The notes under the pieces were generated by a model. That model was not told where the DNA came from. It ran no database searches and saw only the letters and a program-made list of their open reading frames with translations. A program made the translations under genes and the position numbers. Below are positions 29,539 through 40,432 of a DNA stretch of 64,000 nucleotides, in pieces (within the stretch, counting starts at the first letter, position 1; each line of letters opens with the position of its first letter). The stretch comes from Candidatus Daviesbacteria bacterium (GTDB lineage Bacteria; Patescibacteriota; Microgenomatia; Daviesbacterales; UBA10151), in the NCBI GenBank assembly GCA_028712705.1, contig JAQTPP010000002.1, forward strand, positions 43,180-107,179, read 5' to 3'.

Positions 29539-30579
29539 ATGAAATTATATCCTAAGGTTGCGTCCATCTTCATCATTTGGCTTATATCGGTTTTGTTTAT
29601 TACCTATTTTGGTTTTTCTACTTTACCACATTCCAATAAATTTGAGTATGATTTTTTTGGAAGTTTCGGCAATTGGGACGGCGGACACTTCTTGGGAATT
29701 GCCAAAGCAGGTTACAGCCAAAAATTCCAGTATGCTTTTTTTCCACTGTATCCTTTAGCGATTAAAATCTTAAGTTTAGTGACCCATAACTTCTTGCTGG
29801 CAGCGGTTTTGATAAGTATGGTTGCAACTTTTTTAGGACTGAATCTTTTGTATAAGCTGGTAATAGAGGATTTTGACAAGAAAATTGCTACAGAAACGGT
29901 TTTAATTTTTTTATTTTTTCCCACGTCTTTCTTTTTACTAACCGCTTATTCCGAAGGGTTGTTCTTTTTTCTGGCCGTTTTGACATTTTATCTCTTGCGA
30001 CAAAAAAAATTATTTTGGGGTGTTGCCGCAGCCGCTTTAGTTTCCGCCACAAGATTAGCCGGTTTGGCAGTAGGAGCAGGATTAATAGCAGAGGTGATAG
30101 CAACTCAGGGGTTTAACCGTAAAAATTGGTACATAATATTTGCTCCGGCAGGGTTTGTGATCTATTGCATTTATCTTTATCTCCAAACAGGCGACCCGTT
30201 TTATTTTATTACGGCTGAAAATCATTGGCAAAGAACATTGGCCGTACCAACAGCCGGTTTCTGGCAAGCCTTAACAAATGTCACAAGTTTTAATATTTTC
30301 CTTGATTTAATTTTTGCCATACTGGGAGTGGGGTTTGCTGTAAGGTCTTTGCGGTTTTTACCCCCTTCCCTGGCTATTTATAGTTTATTGTCGGTTGGTA
30401 TCCCTCTTTTTACCGCCACTCTTTCATCAATGCCGCGATTTCTACTACCTGTATTTCCGATATTTATTTTAATGGCATTAATAAAAAAACCGCTGATAAG
30501 CATAAGTCTGCGGGTTTTTTCTATTATGTTGCTGGCGGAATTCAGCACTTTATTTATAACCGGCTATTTTGTTTCTTAA
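29539..30579 (+). CDS. Polytopic membrane protein, GT-C/mannosyltransferase-like
   Basis: 346 aa, about 10 TM helices. Glycan-cluster context. Confidence 0.35.
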   Translation: MKLYPKVASIFIIWLISVLFITYFGFSTLPHSNKFEYDFFGSFGNWDGGHFLGIAKAGYSQKFQYAFFPLYPLAIKILSLVTHNFLLAAVLISMVATFLGLNLLYKLVIEDFDKKIATETVLIFLFFPTSFFLLTAYSEGLFFFLAVLTFYLLRQKKLFWGVAAAALVSATRLAGLAVGAGLIAEVIATQGFNRKNWYIIFAPAGFVIYCIYLYLQTGDPFYFITAENHWQRTLAVPTAGFWQALTNVTSFNIFLDLIFAILGVGFAVRSLRFLPPSLAIYSLLSVGIPLFTATLSSMPRFLLPVFPIFILMALIKKPLISISLRVFSIMLLAEFSTLFITGYFVS

Positions 30580-31307
30580 GGGTTATAGTTGATTATTCTT
30601 TGGATTTCACTCTGATTTAAAGCAGAATCCTGTGCTTTTATGGAAATGGTATTATCGCCGTCATTTAAAGATTGGTCAATTGTGAAACTCCCATCGCCGT
30701 TGACAATCGCCTGGGTATTGTTGACAAAGACTTTTGCGCCCGGCTCGGTTTTGCCTGAAACTTTTACTTTCCTGTCGCCACCTTGGATCTTTTTGTTGTC
30801 CTCGGGTTCGCTTACGGCAAGAGATGGTTTTTCACTGTCGTAAATTAATTTAATGGTTTTTGACGGTAAGCTTTCTTTCTCCTGTTCGTCCAAAGTAGTG
30901 CCGTAAATGTTATTTATGCCGAGATATAAAGTTACGTTTGCAAAAGTAAAGCTGCCATCACTTGAGACATCAACAGTTTGTAGCGATTCACCGTCAATAT
31001 AAAGCCTGACGCGGGAGTTAGGACTTACAAATCCTTGAATATCAATTTGAGCAGAATTTGTAGCTTCGAAAGGAATATTTAAAACCGGTGGAGCCAGGGA
31101 AGCATTTTGGGCTGATTTAGGAGTTAGTGCCTGGGGAGGTTTGATAATGTTTTTAATAACCCCAATACCGCCGATAAAGTATGGTAAAACCCAATTCAGG
31201 GTGGCGTAGATTAAAAGTAGAATGATAACTAAAGTAACTATGAAATTTCTTTTGCTTTTGCGGGCTAATCTTCTGGCTGATCTTCTGGAGCGGTATCTGT
31301 AAGCCAT
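30576..31307 (-). CDS. Membrane-anchored protein with Ig-like/Big-like extracellular repeats
   Basis: Basic RS-rich N-terminus, one TM helix, then beta-rich 'DGSFT' repeats. ORF-track N-terminal extension (to 31490) rejected because it reads through two tRNA genes. Confidence 0.45.
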   Translation of the reverse strand: MAYRYRSRRSARRLARKSKRNFIVTLVIILLLIYATLNWVLPYFIGGIGVIKNIIKPPQALTPKSAQNASLAPPVLNIPFEATNSAQIDIQGFVSPNSRVRLYIDGESLQTVDVSSDGSFTFANVTLYLGINNIYGTTLDEQEKESLPSKTIKLIYDSEKPSLAVSEPEDNKKIQGGDRKVKVSGKTEPGAKVFVNNTQAIVNGDGSFTIDQSLNDGDNTISIKAQDSALNQSEIQRIINYNP

Positions 31308-31351
31308 TATACTTCTTAGTATATAACAAAATCTGGTAAAATATGACGGAT

Positions 31352-31426
31352 TGCGGGATTTGTATAGTGGTAATACGCTACCTTCCCAAGGTAGAGCCGC
31401 CAGTCCGATTCTGGTATCCCGCTCCA
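31352..31426 (+). tRNA. tRNA-Gly(CCC)-like; atypical (8-nt anticodon loop, non-canonical T-loop TCCGATT), CCA encoded
   Basis: Hand fold: acceptor GCGGGAT/ATCCCGC, D-stem GTAT/ATAC, anticodon stem CTACC/GGTAG with loop CTTCCCAA, T-stem GCCAG/CTGGT. It abuts tRNA-Thr with no spacer. Confidence 0.45.
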
Positions 31427-31498
31427 GCCGAAGTGGCTCAGTGGTAGAGCAGTACTTTCGTAAAGTACGGGTCGTGGGTTCGATTCCCACCTTCGGCT
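31427..31498 (+). tRNA. tRNA-Thr (anticodon CGT)
   Basis: Acceptor GCCGAAG/CTTCGGC, anticodon loop TTCGTAA, T-loop TTCGATT. Confidence 0.8.
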
Positions 31499-31516
31499 CT
31501 TGAAACGAAGAATGGT

Positions 31517-33166
31517 CTATTTATTGGTTTCCAGGAGTTCCTGTTTCAAGATTTGATTGTTTGGGTCAATGTTTAGAAGTTGTTTAAAAATTTCCCTTGC
31601 TTTGTCTTTATCCCCCATGTTCAAATAAATAATTCCGATGGCATTTTGCAGTGAGAGGTTTTTTGGATTCATCTGGGCGGCCTTTTGGAAATTCAAAAGG
31701 GCAAGATCGTATTTTTTTTGCTCAAAATATACTGCTCCGATATTCTGATAAGATTGCCATAAATTAGGATTATATTTAAGAGCATTTTGATAATTTTCCA
31801 GGGCTTTTTCCGGCTCATTCAGCTCTCTGTAGGTATTTGCTAAATTGTGATAAGCATCGCCATAATTAGGCTTTAGCGCAATTGCTTTTTGGAATTCCTG
31901 CAAAGCTGCAAGTTTATCACCTTTTCTTCCGTAAACGTCGCCTAAATTATTGTGCGCATTAGGAGAAGAGGGCGAAGTCTTTCCGGTTGCTATCCAAAGA
32001 TTATCCTCAGACTTCCAGTCTATATTTCTGACAATAGTCCTCAAAGTAAATAAAATAATTGTTATAGTGAATAGAATGTATCCGGTTTGCCTGAATTTTG
32101 CAGAAGCTATTAGTTTATCAAACCCGAGTCCTGCCAGGCTTAAGATTCCAATAATAGGAAGGTATAAATATCTTTCGGCAACAACCCAGTTTAACCTGAA
32201 AGGTGTCAAAGTTGGGGATAGGGCAATCAGGAAAAACGATAACCAGAAGAAGATGAATTTATTTTTCTTAAAACTAATTAAGATTCCAGCTAACAAGGCA
32301 ATAGTGATTAGTAGTCTGATGATAAACTGGATTTGGCTGAAAGCCAGTTCAGAATGGTAAAGCGTCAGCGTTTTGGGAAAAAAGATCATCTCAAGATATG
32401 AAGTTACGGCAATAGTGACAATTGCGATGGGATTATCAATCCCGCTTTGCTGATAATGTACGGACCTTAAAGTAGTTTCCCGTTCCGGTAAGGCATTTAA
32501 AGTAATCAATGCAAAAAATAGCGAGATAAAAAGATAGGGAAGCATTTTAGGCCAATTTTTTTTAAGTCCGCCGGCCGTCGGACCAAATGTAATCTCAAAG
32601 AGGGGAAATATTAAAAAAAGCGCTAAAGGCATTTGCGGATGCGACATAAGTGATAATAGGTAAAAAGTAATAGATAATAGGTAATAGAGTTTTTTCCTGG
32701 GGGACAGGAGGTAGAAGAAAAAAGATAATAGGAAGAAGAAACTATATTGTGTATACATGCCTCCGGAGATCCAAACTACAGCTTCGGAAATTGCCGGATG
32801 GACAGCAAACAAACTGGCTACGAAAAAGCCTAAACGTTTGGAATAAAGAAAGTTAAACAAGGCATAGATTAGAAAAACCGAGCCAAGATGAAAAAAGATA
32901 TTAGATAATCTAAAAAGGGCCGGATTAAGCCCTCCAATTTGAAAAATAAACCAGTATAGAAACGGTCTTATGAAGCCAAACGTGTGATTAAAGACATTAC
33001 TGAAGCTACCGATGTTGGGATTCTGGACGATTTCAGTAAGGTCGTCTGATAAAAAAGCATTGTTTAGTGAATTGCCATATGCAACCAAGACCAGTATTAA
33101 CAAGAAAAGCAAACTAAACCGGTGTTTTCCGATTGCTTGGGCAAAGGTCATTGTTAAAGTATACAA
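31517..33166 (-). CDS. Polytopic membrane protein with C-terminal TPR repeats (PMT/GT39-like plus TPR)
   Basis: N-terminal ~380 aa have multiple TM helices. The C-terminus has about 4 TPR units ('AxxxYxxAL...NP' periodicity). Confidence 0.55.
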   Translation of the reverse strand: MYTLTMTFAQAIGKHRFSLLFLLILVLVAYGNSLNNAFLSDDLTEIVQNPNIGSFSNVFNHTFGFIRPFLYWFIFQIGGLNPALFRLSNIFFHLGSVFLIYALFNFLYSKRLGFFVASLFAVHPAISEAVVWISGGMYTQYSFFFLLSFFFYLLSPRKKLYYLLSITFYLLSLMSHPQMPLALFLIFPLFEITFGPTAGGLKKNWPKMLPYLFISLFFALITLNALPERETTLRSVHYQQSGIDNPIAIVTIAVTSYLEMIFFPKTLTLYHSELAFSQIQFIIRLLITIALLAGILISFKKNKFIFFWLSFFLIALSPTLTPFRLNWVVAERYLYLPIIGILSLAGLGFDKLIASAKFRQTGYILFTITIILFTLRTIVRNIDWKSEDNLWIATGKTSPSSPNAHNNLGDVYGRKGDKLAALQEFQKAIALKPNYGDAYHNLANTYRELNEPEKALENYQNALKYNPNLWQSYQNIGAVYFEQKKYDLALLNFQKAAQMNPKNLSLQNAIGIIYLNMGDKDKAREIFKQLLNIDPNNQILKQELLETNK

Positions 33167-33168
33167 GA

Positions 33169-33771
33169 TTATCTGGGGATAGTTAAGGTGGTCCCGGGTT
33201 CAATCAAATCCGGATTTTGGATGTTATTTGCTTTGGCAATTTTATCAAAAGCGTATATATCCCCATAAGCACGGCCGGCTATTTTGGAAAGCCAGTCATC
33301 TTCTACAACTGTGTATGTGTCGCCGTCAATCTTTGGTCCCCAAATAGTCATATTTCCTCCACCTGTACCTAAGGGTTCTGGTGAGACTTCTGTTTGGGCT
33401 TGCTGAACTTCCAATTTTGGGATTTCAAGCACTTGTCCTGTTTCGACTTGGTCGGGATTTGTTAAATTATTTGCCTGGGCAATTTCCGTATATTTATAGC
33501 CGTCTTGATAGTATTTATCTGCGATCATGAATAAGGTATCACCATCTTTGACGGTATATTTACCAGGAAGTTTGTTTGGTGAAACATCTGTTTCTGCTTG
33601 CGTTTGTTGGGCAGGACCTAAACTGGATTTGCTTTGATTGAGGTAATTAAAGATTAAAATTCCAATGACTAAAATAATTAACACGCCTAAAACTAAACTA
33701 ACTCTGGATTGATTAGATTGAATTTCTTTTTCAAGTTTCTCTAAATAATTACTGGAAGTTTTTTTAGCCAT
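33169..33771 (-). CDS. LysM domain protein (two LysM repeats, N-terminal TM)
   Basis: 'YTVKDGDTLFMIADKY' and 'YTVVEDDWLSKIAGRAY' LysM signatures. Confidence 0.75.
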   Translation of the reverse strand: MAKKTSSNYLEKLEKEIQSNQSRVSLVLGVLIILVIGILIFNYLNQSKSSLGPAQQTQAETDVSPNKLPGKYTVKDGDTLFMIADKYYQDGYKYTEIAQANNLTNPDQVETGQVLEIPKLEVQQAQTEVSPEPLGTGGGNMTIWGPKIDGDTYTVVEDDWLSKIAGRAYGDIYAFDKIAKANNIQNPDLIEPGTTLTIPR

Positions 33772-33875
33772 TTTTTGGAGCAGATTAGAGGACAGTTATT
33801 GACTTTTACTTTTTATTCCAAATCAGCTTATTTGTCAAGAGGGTAAATATTTTGTTACAATATTCAGCGTATCTT

Positions 33876-33952
33876 GGGGCCGTAGCTCAGTTGGTTAGAG
33901 CGTCTGGTTGTCAACCAGAAGGTCGCGGGTTCAAGTCCCGTCGGCCCCGCCA
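33876..33952 (+). tRNA. tRNA-Asp (anticodon GTC), CCA encoded
   Basis: Acceptor GGGGCCG/CGGCCCC, anticodon loop TTGTCAA, T-loop TTCAAGT. Confidence 0.85.
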
Positions 33953-33969
33953 AGTGGTATACTATTTTT

Positions 33970-35715
33970 GTGGAAATATCTAATCAACAATTGGCTAAAA
34001 TCTTTCGCAATGTAGCAGCTGCGTACACTCTTAAAAAAATCGGTAATATTTTTCAAATTCGCGCTTATGAAAATGCCGCTGATGCAATAGAGCATTCAAC
34101 TGCAGAAGTTCAAGATCTTTGGCAGGAAGGCAAACTCTCAGAAATTCCAACATTGGGAGAAAAACTTCAGGATTATTTGGATGAATTGTTTACAAAAGGG
34201 AAAGTTAAGCATTTTGAGCAGGTCGAGAAAGGTATCCCTGCTGTAGTGTTTGACTTACTTGATATCGGCGGAGTGGGGCCAAAAAATGCGGCCAAGCTAG
34301 CCGAACTTGGTGTTAAGGATTTGGAGGATTTAAAAAAGAAAATTAAGTCAGGGGAGCTGGTTAGTAAAGGTTTTTCTGCTAAAATCGCTCAAAATATCAT
34401 GTTAGGTCTTCTTGACTTAGATCAAAAGGATCACAGGATGCTTTTGCCATATGCCTTCGCGCAAGCTGACAAGATTTTGAATTATTTAAAAAAGAGCCCT
34501 GATATATTAGAGGTACACCCCTTAGGTTCCTTGCGGAGAATGGTGGCAACAGTGGGGGATTTGGACTTTTCAGTTAGCTCGGAAAAAGAAAAAGAAGTGG
34601 TGGAATATTTTTGTAAGATGCCGGGAGTTTCCCGGGTGGTTGATAAAGGAGAAAACAAGGCTACGATAGTTTTGACAAGCGGTATTCAGGTTGACTTATT
34701 GGTTGGTAAACCTGAAAGTTATGGAGCCCTTTTGCAGCATTTCACTGGCTCCAAAGCTCACAATATTAAGCTGAGGACTCTTGCTCAGCAAAAAGGTTTC
34801 TCTTTGTCTGAATATGGAGTCAAAAATGTCACAAGTAACAAGTTGCAAGAGACAAGAACAGAAGAAGAGTTTTACAAATTGCTGGGAATGCAGACTCCTC
34901 CGCCCGAAATTAGGGAGGATACGGATGAAATTGAGGCCGCAACTGCGCATAAATTACCTGAGCTAGTAGATTTTGAAGACATTAAGGGTGATTTGCATAT
35001 CCATTCTAATTTGATTTCCCAACCCTCTCATGATGTCGGAGCAAATAGTGTTGAGGAAATAGTAAGCAAAGCAAAGGACCTGGGATATTCTTATATTGGT
35101 ATAACTGATCATCAGCCAAGTCAGACAGGTCACACTATAAGCCAGACAATCAGACTAGTTGAGAAAAAGAAAAAGATAATCGAGGAAATAAATTCCTCAC
35201 AAAAAAGTGTTCGAGTACTAAACTTACTCGAAGTAGATATTTTACCTGATGGTAGCTTGAGTTTATCCGAACAAGCCTTGAAACTTCTGGATTTTGCCAT
35301 TGCTTCTGTTCATTCATCTTTTAACATGCCTGAAGAAAAAATGACACAAAGAATATTAAAAGCTTTGGAAAGCCCTTATGTAAAAGCGCTAGGTCATCCA
35401 ACCGGAAGACTGATTGGCAAAAGGGATTCTTATGAGGCTGACTGGAGGAAGATTTTTGAATTTGCAGCCAAAAATAAAAAAGCTTTGGAAATAAATGCTC
35501 ATCCAAATAGATTAGATTTAAGGGATGATCTCGTCAGGACGGCACTCAGCTTTGATGTAAAATTCGTCATCAATACTGATGCCCACGAGGTTTCTCAAAT
35601 GGACAACATGAGGTTTGGGGTAGCAGGGGCCCGCAGAGGTTGGGCTACAAAAAAAGATGTAGTTAATACCTGGGACTGGACAGATCTTGCAAAATGGTTT
35701 AGGATTAACTTATGA
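33970..35715 (+). CDS. polX: DNA polymerase X family protein with C-terminal PHP domain
   Basis: Pol beta-like HhH/nucleotidyltransferase N-terminal half and a PHP histidine-rich C-terminal half ('LHIHSN', 'GITDH'). Confidence 0.8.
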   Translation: MEISNQQLAKIFRNVAAAYTLKKIGNIFQIRAYENAADAIEHSTAEVQDLWQEGKLSEIPTLGEKLQDYLDELFTKGKVKHFEQVEKGIPAVVFDLLDIGGVGPKNAAKLAELGVKDLEDLKKKIKSGELVSKGFSAKIAQNIMLGLLDLDQKDHRMLLPYAFAQADKILNYLKKSPDILEVHPLGSLRRMVATVGDLDFSVSSEKEKEVVEYFCKMPGVSRVVDKGENKATIVLTSGIQVDLLVGKPESYGALLQHFTGSKAHNIKLRTLAQQKGFSLSEYGVKNVTSNKLQETRTEEEFYKLLGMQTPPPEIREDTDEIEAATAHKLPELVDFEDIKGDLHIHSNLISQPSHDVGANSVEEIVSKAKDLGYSYIGITDHQPSQTGHTISQTIRLVEKKKKIIEEINSSQKSVRVLNLLEVDILPDGSLSLSEQALKLLDFAIASVHSSFNMPEEKMTQRILKALESPYVKALGHPTGRLIGKRDSYEADWRKIFEFAAKNKKALEINAHPNRLDLRDDLVRTALSFDVKFVINTDAHEVSQMDNMRFGVAGARRGWATKKDVVNTWDWTDLAKWFRINL

Positions 35716-36260
35716 TCATGTATGTAATTGCGGGGGTAATTATTGTAGTAATATTATGGCTGTTTGCTACATACAACTCGCTTGTTACTTTGCGTAATCG
35801 TGTTCGTGAAGCCTGGTCTCAAATTGATGTGCAACTGAAAAGACGGTCATCTTTAATCCCAAACTTACTCGAAGTTGTGAAGGGTTATGCCAAGCATGAA
35901 AAAAGCGTTTTTGAAAATGTTACAAAAGCAAGAAGCGCCCTTTTGGGTGCCAAAAATCCCGGGCAAGCTGCAGCGGCAAATGATATGTTGACCGGTGCTT
36001 TAAAATCTCTGTTTGCGGTAGCAGAGGCTTATCCCAATCTTCGGGCGTCTGAAAATTTTAAGGAGCTTCAGGAAGAAATTTCCGATACGGAAACCAAAGT
36101 AGCAGCCTCCAGGCAGTTTTATAACACCAATGTTTTGGATTTGAATAACACTATTGAAACATTTCCTTCAGCCTTGATTGCCAATATGTTCGGTTTCCAA
36201 AAGGCTGATTTCTTCCAAGCTTCAGAGGAAGAGAAAAAAGATATAAAAGTTAAATTTTAA
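35712..36260 (+). CDS. lemA: LemA family protein
   Basis: N-terminal TM plus the '[25 protein letters not shown]' LemA signature. Confidence 0.85.
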   Translation: MIMYVIAGVIIVVILWLFATYNSLVTLRNRVREAWSQIDVQLKRRSSLIPNLLEVVKGYAKHEKSVFENVTKARSALLGAKNPGQAAAANDMLTGALKSLFAVAEAYPNLRASENFKELQEEISDTETKVAASRQFYNTNVLDLNNTIETFPSALIANMFGFQKADFFQASEEEKKDIKVKF

Positions 36261-36360
36261 ACTCCACGCAATCTTCCGCGGTAGATTGCCGCGCTAATCG
36301 CCCCGCTTTGCGGGACTATAGCTCGCAATGACAAAAGAGAAATGATAAAATAAACCCAAT

Positions 36361-37287
36361 ATGGCAACTGTTAATACAGCTTGGGATCAAGTTTCCGGAA
36401 ACATTTTCAAGACATGGTTAATCATGTTTTTATTTTCCATATTTGCAATCGGGGTGATATATGTTCTGGCAATGGGGTTTGGATTTGACAGAACCGGAGG
36501 TTTGGGGTTTGTAGGAATGGCATTGATTTTAGTCGGGATAATGAATTTCGTCTCGTATTACTATTCAGACAAGATTGTTTTGGGAATTTCCGGGGCCAAG
36601 TTGCTAAAACATGATGTTAACAAAGAGCTTTATCATTTGGTGGAAAATTTATGCATTGCTGCGGGTTTACCTATTCCCAAAATTTATATAATTGAAGACA
36701 GCGCCACCAATGCTTTTGCAACGGGAAGAGATCCAAAGCATGCTGCGATTTGTTTTACAACAGGAATTTTAAGCAAACTTAGCAAACAGGAGTTGGAGGG
36801 AGTGACGGCCCACGAGCTATCGCATGTCGGAAACAGGGATACACTCCTCATGAGTGTTGTATCTGTTTTAGTAGGGACTATTGCACTTCTTTCCGATTGG
36901 TTTATGCGGTCAATGTGGTTTGGCGGGCATGATGATAGAGATAATAAAGGAAATTCAATAATGCTGGTTGTGGCTATTGTAGCAGCAATTTTGGCTCCAA
37001 TTGTGGCGACTTTAATACAACTTGCGGTATCAAGGCGTCGGGAGCTTTTGGCAGATGCTTCCGGGGTTTTGCTAACCAGATATCCGGAAGGTTTGATAAA
37101 TGCACTGTTAAAAATTTCTTCTGATAAAGAACCGCTGGAAGCAGCCAATAGAGGAACTGCTCATCTGTATATTGTAAATCCCCTTAAAGGTAAAGATGCG
37201 GCCGGTTGGTTTGCCGGTCTTTTTAATACCCATCCTTCAATAGATGTTCGTGTTAAAGCCCTGCGTGAAATGGAGGGAAAAGTCTAG
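36361..37287 (+). CDS. htpX: Zinc metalloprotease HtpX (M48)
   Basis: 'HELSHV' zincin motif, four TM helices, downstream Glu. Confidence 0.9.
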   Translation: MATVNTAWDQVSGNIFKTWLIMFLFSIFAIGVIYVLAMGFGFDRTGGLGFVGMALILVGIMNFVSYYYSDKIVLGISGAKLLKHDVNKELYHLVENLCIAAGLPIPKIYIIEDSATNAFATGRDPKHAAICFTTGILSKLSKQELEGVTAHELSHVGNRDTLLMSVVSVLVGTIALLSDWFMRSMWFGGHDDRDNKGNSIMLVVAIVAAILAPIVATLIQLAVSRRRELLADASGVLLTRYPEGLINALLKISSDKEPLEAANRGTAHLYIVNPLKGKDAAGWFAGLFNTHPSIDVRVKALREMEGKV

Positions 37288-37300
37288 TTGTAATCCAATT

Positions 37301-37594
37301 ATGAAGTTAACATCAGATCAAATAAAACATGTAGCTAAACTGGCTAATCTGCCACTGACTCCTGATGAGGAAGAAAAATATTCTGATCAGCTTTCCAAAA
37401 TTTTAGAATACGTTGAGCAACTTAATCAGGTTGACACATCCGATGTGGAGTCGACATTTAATGTAACTGGCCAAAGCAATGTAATGAGGGAAGATGAAAC
37501 TACTCCCAGTTTATCTCAAGAAGAAGCGTTGTCAAATGCACCGAGAAAGAAAGACAGCATGTTTGTAACGAAAGGAGTATTTGAAGAACAGTAA
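37301..37594 (+). CDS. gatC: Asp/Glu-tRNA(Asn/Gln) amidotransferase subunit C
   Basis: '[31 protein letters not shown]' GatC signature. Start taken at the internal Met of the 37244 ORF. Confidence 0.8.
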   Translation: MKLTSDQIKHVAKLANLPLTPDEEEKYSDQLSKILEYVEQLNQVDTSDVESTFNVTGQSNVMREDETTPSLSQEEALSNAPRKKDSMFVTKGVFEEQ

Positions 37595-37601
37595 TTTTTA
37601 C

Positions 37602-37635
37602 AAGGTCAGACCTTGAGTGCTCAAGGTCTGACCTT
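37602..37635. repeat. Strong hairpin: AAGGTCAGACCTTGAG-TG-CTCAAGGTCTGACCTT (16-bp perfect arms)
   Basis: gatC-gatA intercistronic. Shares AAGGT...CCTT termini with the REP-like hairpin at 871-912. Confidence 0.55.
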
Positions 37636-37644
37636 AACAAGACT

Positions 37645-39000
37645 ATGAATATAACGGAACTAACGCTTACAGAAACTTTAGAAGCTTTAAAACGGAAAGA
37701 TTTTTCGGAAGAAGAGTTAAATAAGGCTTATTTAGAAAGAGCAGCAAAATTAAACCCGAAATTAAATATTTTTTTAGAAATTAAAAAAAATTCTTGCGGT
37801 ATTCCTGCGGCAATTAAAGACGCAATTTTAACCAAAGGAATGAAAACTACAGCTGCTTCTAAAATATTGAGTAATTTTTTACCCCCTTACAATGCTACGG
37901 TTATAAATAAACTAATAGAGCAGGGGATTAGTATTCTTGGAAAGACCAATTGTGATGAATTTGCCATGGGAGGATCAGGAGAAAATTCTGCCTTCGGATC
38001 AACAAAAAATCCCTGGAATTTAAATAAAGTTACAGGTGGCTCTTCCAGCGGTTCGGCAGCAGCGGTAGCAGCAGACTTATGTGCATTTGCGCTAGGTTCT
38101 GATACTGGTGGATCTATCCGCCAACCTGCCTCTCTTTGTGGGGTAGTGGGTTTAAAGCCAACTTACGGCCGGGTTCCGAGATACGGGCTTATTGCCATGG
38201 CCTCCTCCTTAGATACAATCGGACCCATCACTAAATCAGTTGAAGATGCGGCTCAGGTTCTAGAGTGGATAAGCGGCAGCGACGGCTATGATTCTAACTG
38301 TAGCGATACAAAGTTTACGTTACAACCTGAAAGGTTGACGCAGGGAATTAAAGGTTTAAAAATAGGAGTGCCAAAGGAATATTTTAGTGAGGGGTTAGAT
38401 CCTGAAGTAAAAAAAGTTATTGAGGATGCAATAAAAAAGCTGGAAGAGCAAGGTGCAGAAATAGTAGAAGTAAGTTTGCCTAACAGTAAATATGCCTTAG
38501 CAGCATATTACATCATTGTTCCCTCTGAGATATCAGCCAATATGGCTCGATTTGACGGCATCAGGTATGGATCCGCCAGGGCAGACTTTGGACCGGAAAT
38601 TAAAAGAAGGATAATGCTTGGGACATATGCCCTATCAAGCGGATATTATGAGGAGTACTACGCCAAGGCAGCACAGGTGAGAACTTTAGTGAAGCAGGAT
38701 TTTGATAAAGCATTTGCCAATGTTGATGTGATAGTTGGTCCGGTCTCCCCCACCACAACCTGGAATTTAGGAGAGAAAATAGACGATCCGCTTACTATGT
38801 ATTTATCTGATATTTATACAATTTCTGCTAACTTGGCGGGAATTCCGGGATTATCCGTACCATGCGGGTTCGCTGACGAACTTCCGGTAGGCCTGCAGAT
38901 TTTGGGAAAGCAGTGGGATGAGGAAACTATTTTAAGGGTAGGTTACGCTTATGAGCAGGCAACGGAGTGGAGAAAGGAAAAACCGAAATTGTCATTCTGA
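37645..39000 (+). CDS. gatA: Glu-tRNA(Gln) amidotransferase subunit A (amidase signature)
   Basis: '[13 protein letters not shown]' amidase signature; Ser-cisSer-Lys triad context. Confidence 0.9.
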   Translation: MNITELTLTETLEALKRKDFSEEELNKAYLERAAKLNPKLNIFLEIKKNSCGIPAAIKDAILTKGMKTTAASKILSNFLPPYNATVINKLIEQGISILGKTNCDEFAMGGSGENSAFGSTKNPWNLNKVTGGSSSGSAAAVAADLCAFALGSDTGGSIRQPASLCGVVGLKPTYGRVPRYGLIAMASSLDTIGPITKSVEDAAQVLEWISGSDGYDSNCSDTKFTLQPERLTQGIKGLKIGVPKEYFSEGLDPEVKKVIEDAIKKLEEQGAEIVEVSLPNSKYALAAYYIIVPSEISANMARFDGIRYGSARADFGPEIKRRIMLGTYALSSGYYEEYYAKAAQVRTLVKQDFDKAFANVDVIVGPVSPTTTWNLGEKIDDPLTMYLSDIYTISANLAGIPGLSVPCGFADELPVGLQILGKQWDEETILRVGYAYEQATEWRKEKPKLSF

Positions 39001-39063
39001 GTGATTAGCAACCGCGTGCCGCCACCGCTCACTACGTTCGCTCGCAATGACAGAAGAAGAAAT

Positions 39064-40395
39064 ATGAATAATTACGAACCAATTATAGGGCTTGAGGTTC
39101 ATGTAGAGTTAAATACCAAATCCAAAATGTTTTGCCGTTGCAGTGCCGATTATTTTGGCAAAGAACCTAATACTCACACCTGCCCTGTTTGTTTAGGATT
39201 GCCGGGAGCGCTGCCTGTTATTAATAAACAAGCTATTGAGAGCTGTATAAAAATTGGCTTGGCTTTGGGTTGCCAAATTTCAAAAAAGTCTCTTTTCGAA
39301 AGAAAAAATTATTTTTATCCTGATTTGCCAAAAGGTTTTCAAATTTCCCAATACCGCTGGCCACTGTGTATCAACGGACAAATAACTTTAGATAGCGGAC
39401 AAGTAATTAGAATTAACCGTGTGCATCAGGAAGAGGACACCGGAAAATTATCACACCGGGGAGATGTGACACTGGTAGATTTTAATAGATCGGGAGTGCC
39501 TTTGGTGGAGATAGTCACCGAACCTGATTTTAGGGATGTTGAATCAGTCCGTGATTATGCCAAAAAATTGCAGCAGCTTTTGAGATATTTGGGGGTTTCA
39601 AATGCAGATATGGAGCGGGGAGATATGAGACTTGAAGCGAACATTAGCGTCCATCCTATAGCTATAGCCTCCAAGGCGTCCCCCTGGAGGCTACCGGATT
39701 ACAGGGTAGAGTTAAAAAATATTAACAGTTTTAGATTTATAGTAGCGGCAATTGAGTATGAAATTAAACGGCAAATTGAAGCTTTGGAAAAAGGAGAGAA
39801 ATTACTTCAGGAAACCAGAGGTTGGAATGAGGACAAAAAGTGTACGTTTTTGCAAAGAAGTAAAGAAGAAGCTCATGATTACCGCTATTTTCCCGAACCG
39901 GATCTGCCGGAAATTGAAATTCAGAATTCAGATACCAAAAAAATTGCGGAACAATTGCCGGAACTACCCTGGAGCAAGAGCAAGAGGTTTGCGGATGAGT
40001 TTAAGCTGACAGCAACGCAAGCGCAAATATTAAGCGAATCAAAAGAGCTGGCCTGGTTCTTTGAGGAAACAGTCAAACATGGTAACAAACATGGAGTAAG
40101 CGCAAAGGAGATAGCAAATCATCTGATTAATAAAAAAACAGATATAAATATAGTGCTTCCGGTGCAGGTTATTGAAGAGTTAAAGGGTAAAAGAGTCGGA
40201 ATAATAGAGAATAAAGAAGAGCTGGAAGAACTTGCTGAACAAGCTGTCAAAAAAAATGCAAACGCAGTTCTGGATTATAAGAAAGGTAAAGAGGTAGCGC
40301 TGCAAGTTTTAATAGGCGCAGTAATGAAATTATCTTTAGGCAAAGCAGATATTGCTAAATTGAAGCCGATTTTGGAAAAATTACTTAAATCTTAA
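39064..40395 (+). CDS. gatB: Asp/Glu-tRNA(Asn/Gln) amidotransferase subunit B
   Basis: 'PIIGLEVHVELNTKSKMFC' GatB N-terminus; C-terminal YqeY-like tail. Confidence 0.9.
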   Translation: MNNYEPIIGLEVHVELNTKSKMFCRCSADYFGKEPNTHTCPVCLGLPGALPVINKQAIESCIKIGLALGCQISKKSLFERKNYFYPDLPKGFQISQYRWPLCINGQITLDSGQVIRINRVHQEEDTGKLSHRGDVTLVDFNRSGVPLVEIVTEPDFRDVESVRDYAKKLQQLLRYLGVSNADMERGDMRLEANISVHPIAIASKASPWRLPDYRVELKNINSFRFIVAAIEYEIKRQIEALEKGEKLLQETRGWNEDKKCTFLQRSKEEAHDYRYFPEPDLPEIEIQNSDTKKIAEQLPELPWSKSKRFADEFKLTATQAQILSESKELAWFFEETVKHGNKHGVSAKEIANHLINKKTDINIVLPVQVIEELKGKRVGIIENKEELEELAEQAVKKNANAVLDYKKGKEVALQVLIGAVMKLSLGKADIAKLKPILEKLLKS

Positions 40396-40432
40396 ACTCC
40401 CTCTTGAAATAACATCCCAAGGTGCTGGTAAA

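Noticed and set aside
30576-31490. ORF-track N-terminal extension of the Ig-like membrane protein reading through tRNA-Gly-like and tRNA-Thr on the opposite strand
   Set aside because: The translated segment ('MGIEPTTRTL...') is the typical antisense-tRNA artefact. The first credible Met is at 31307.
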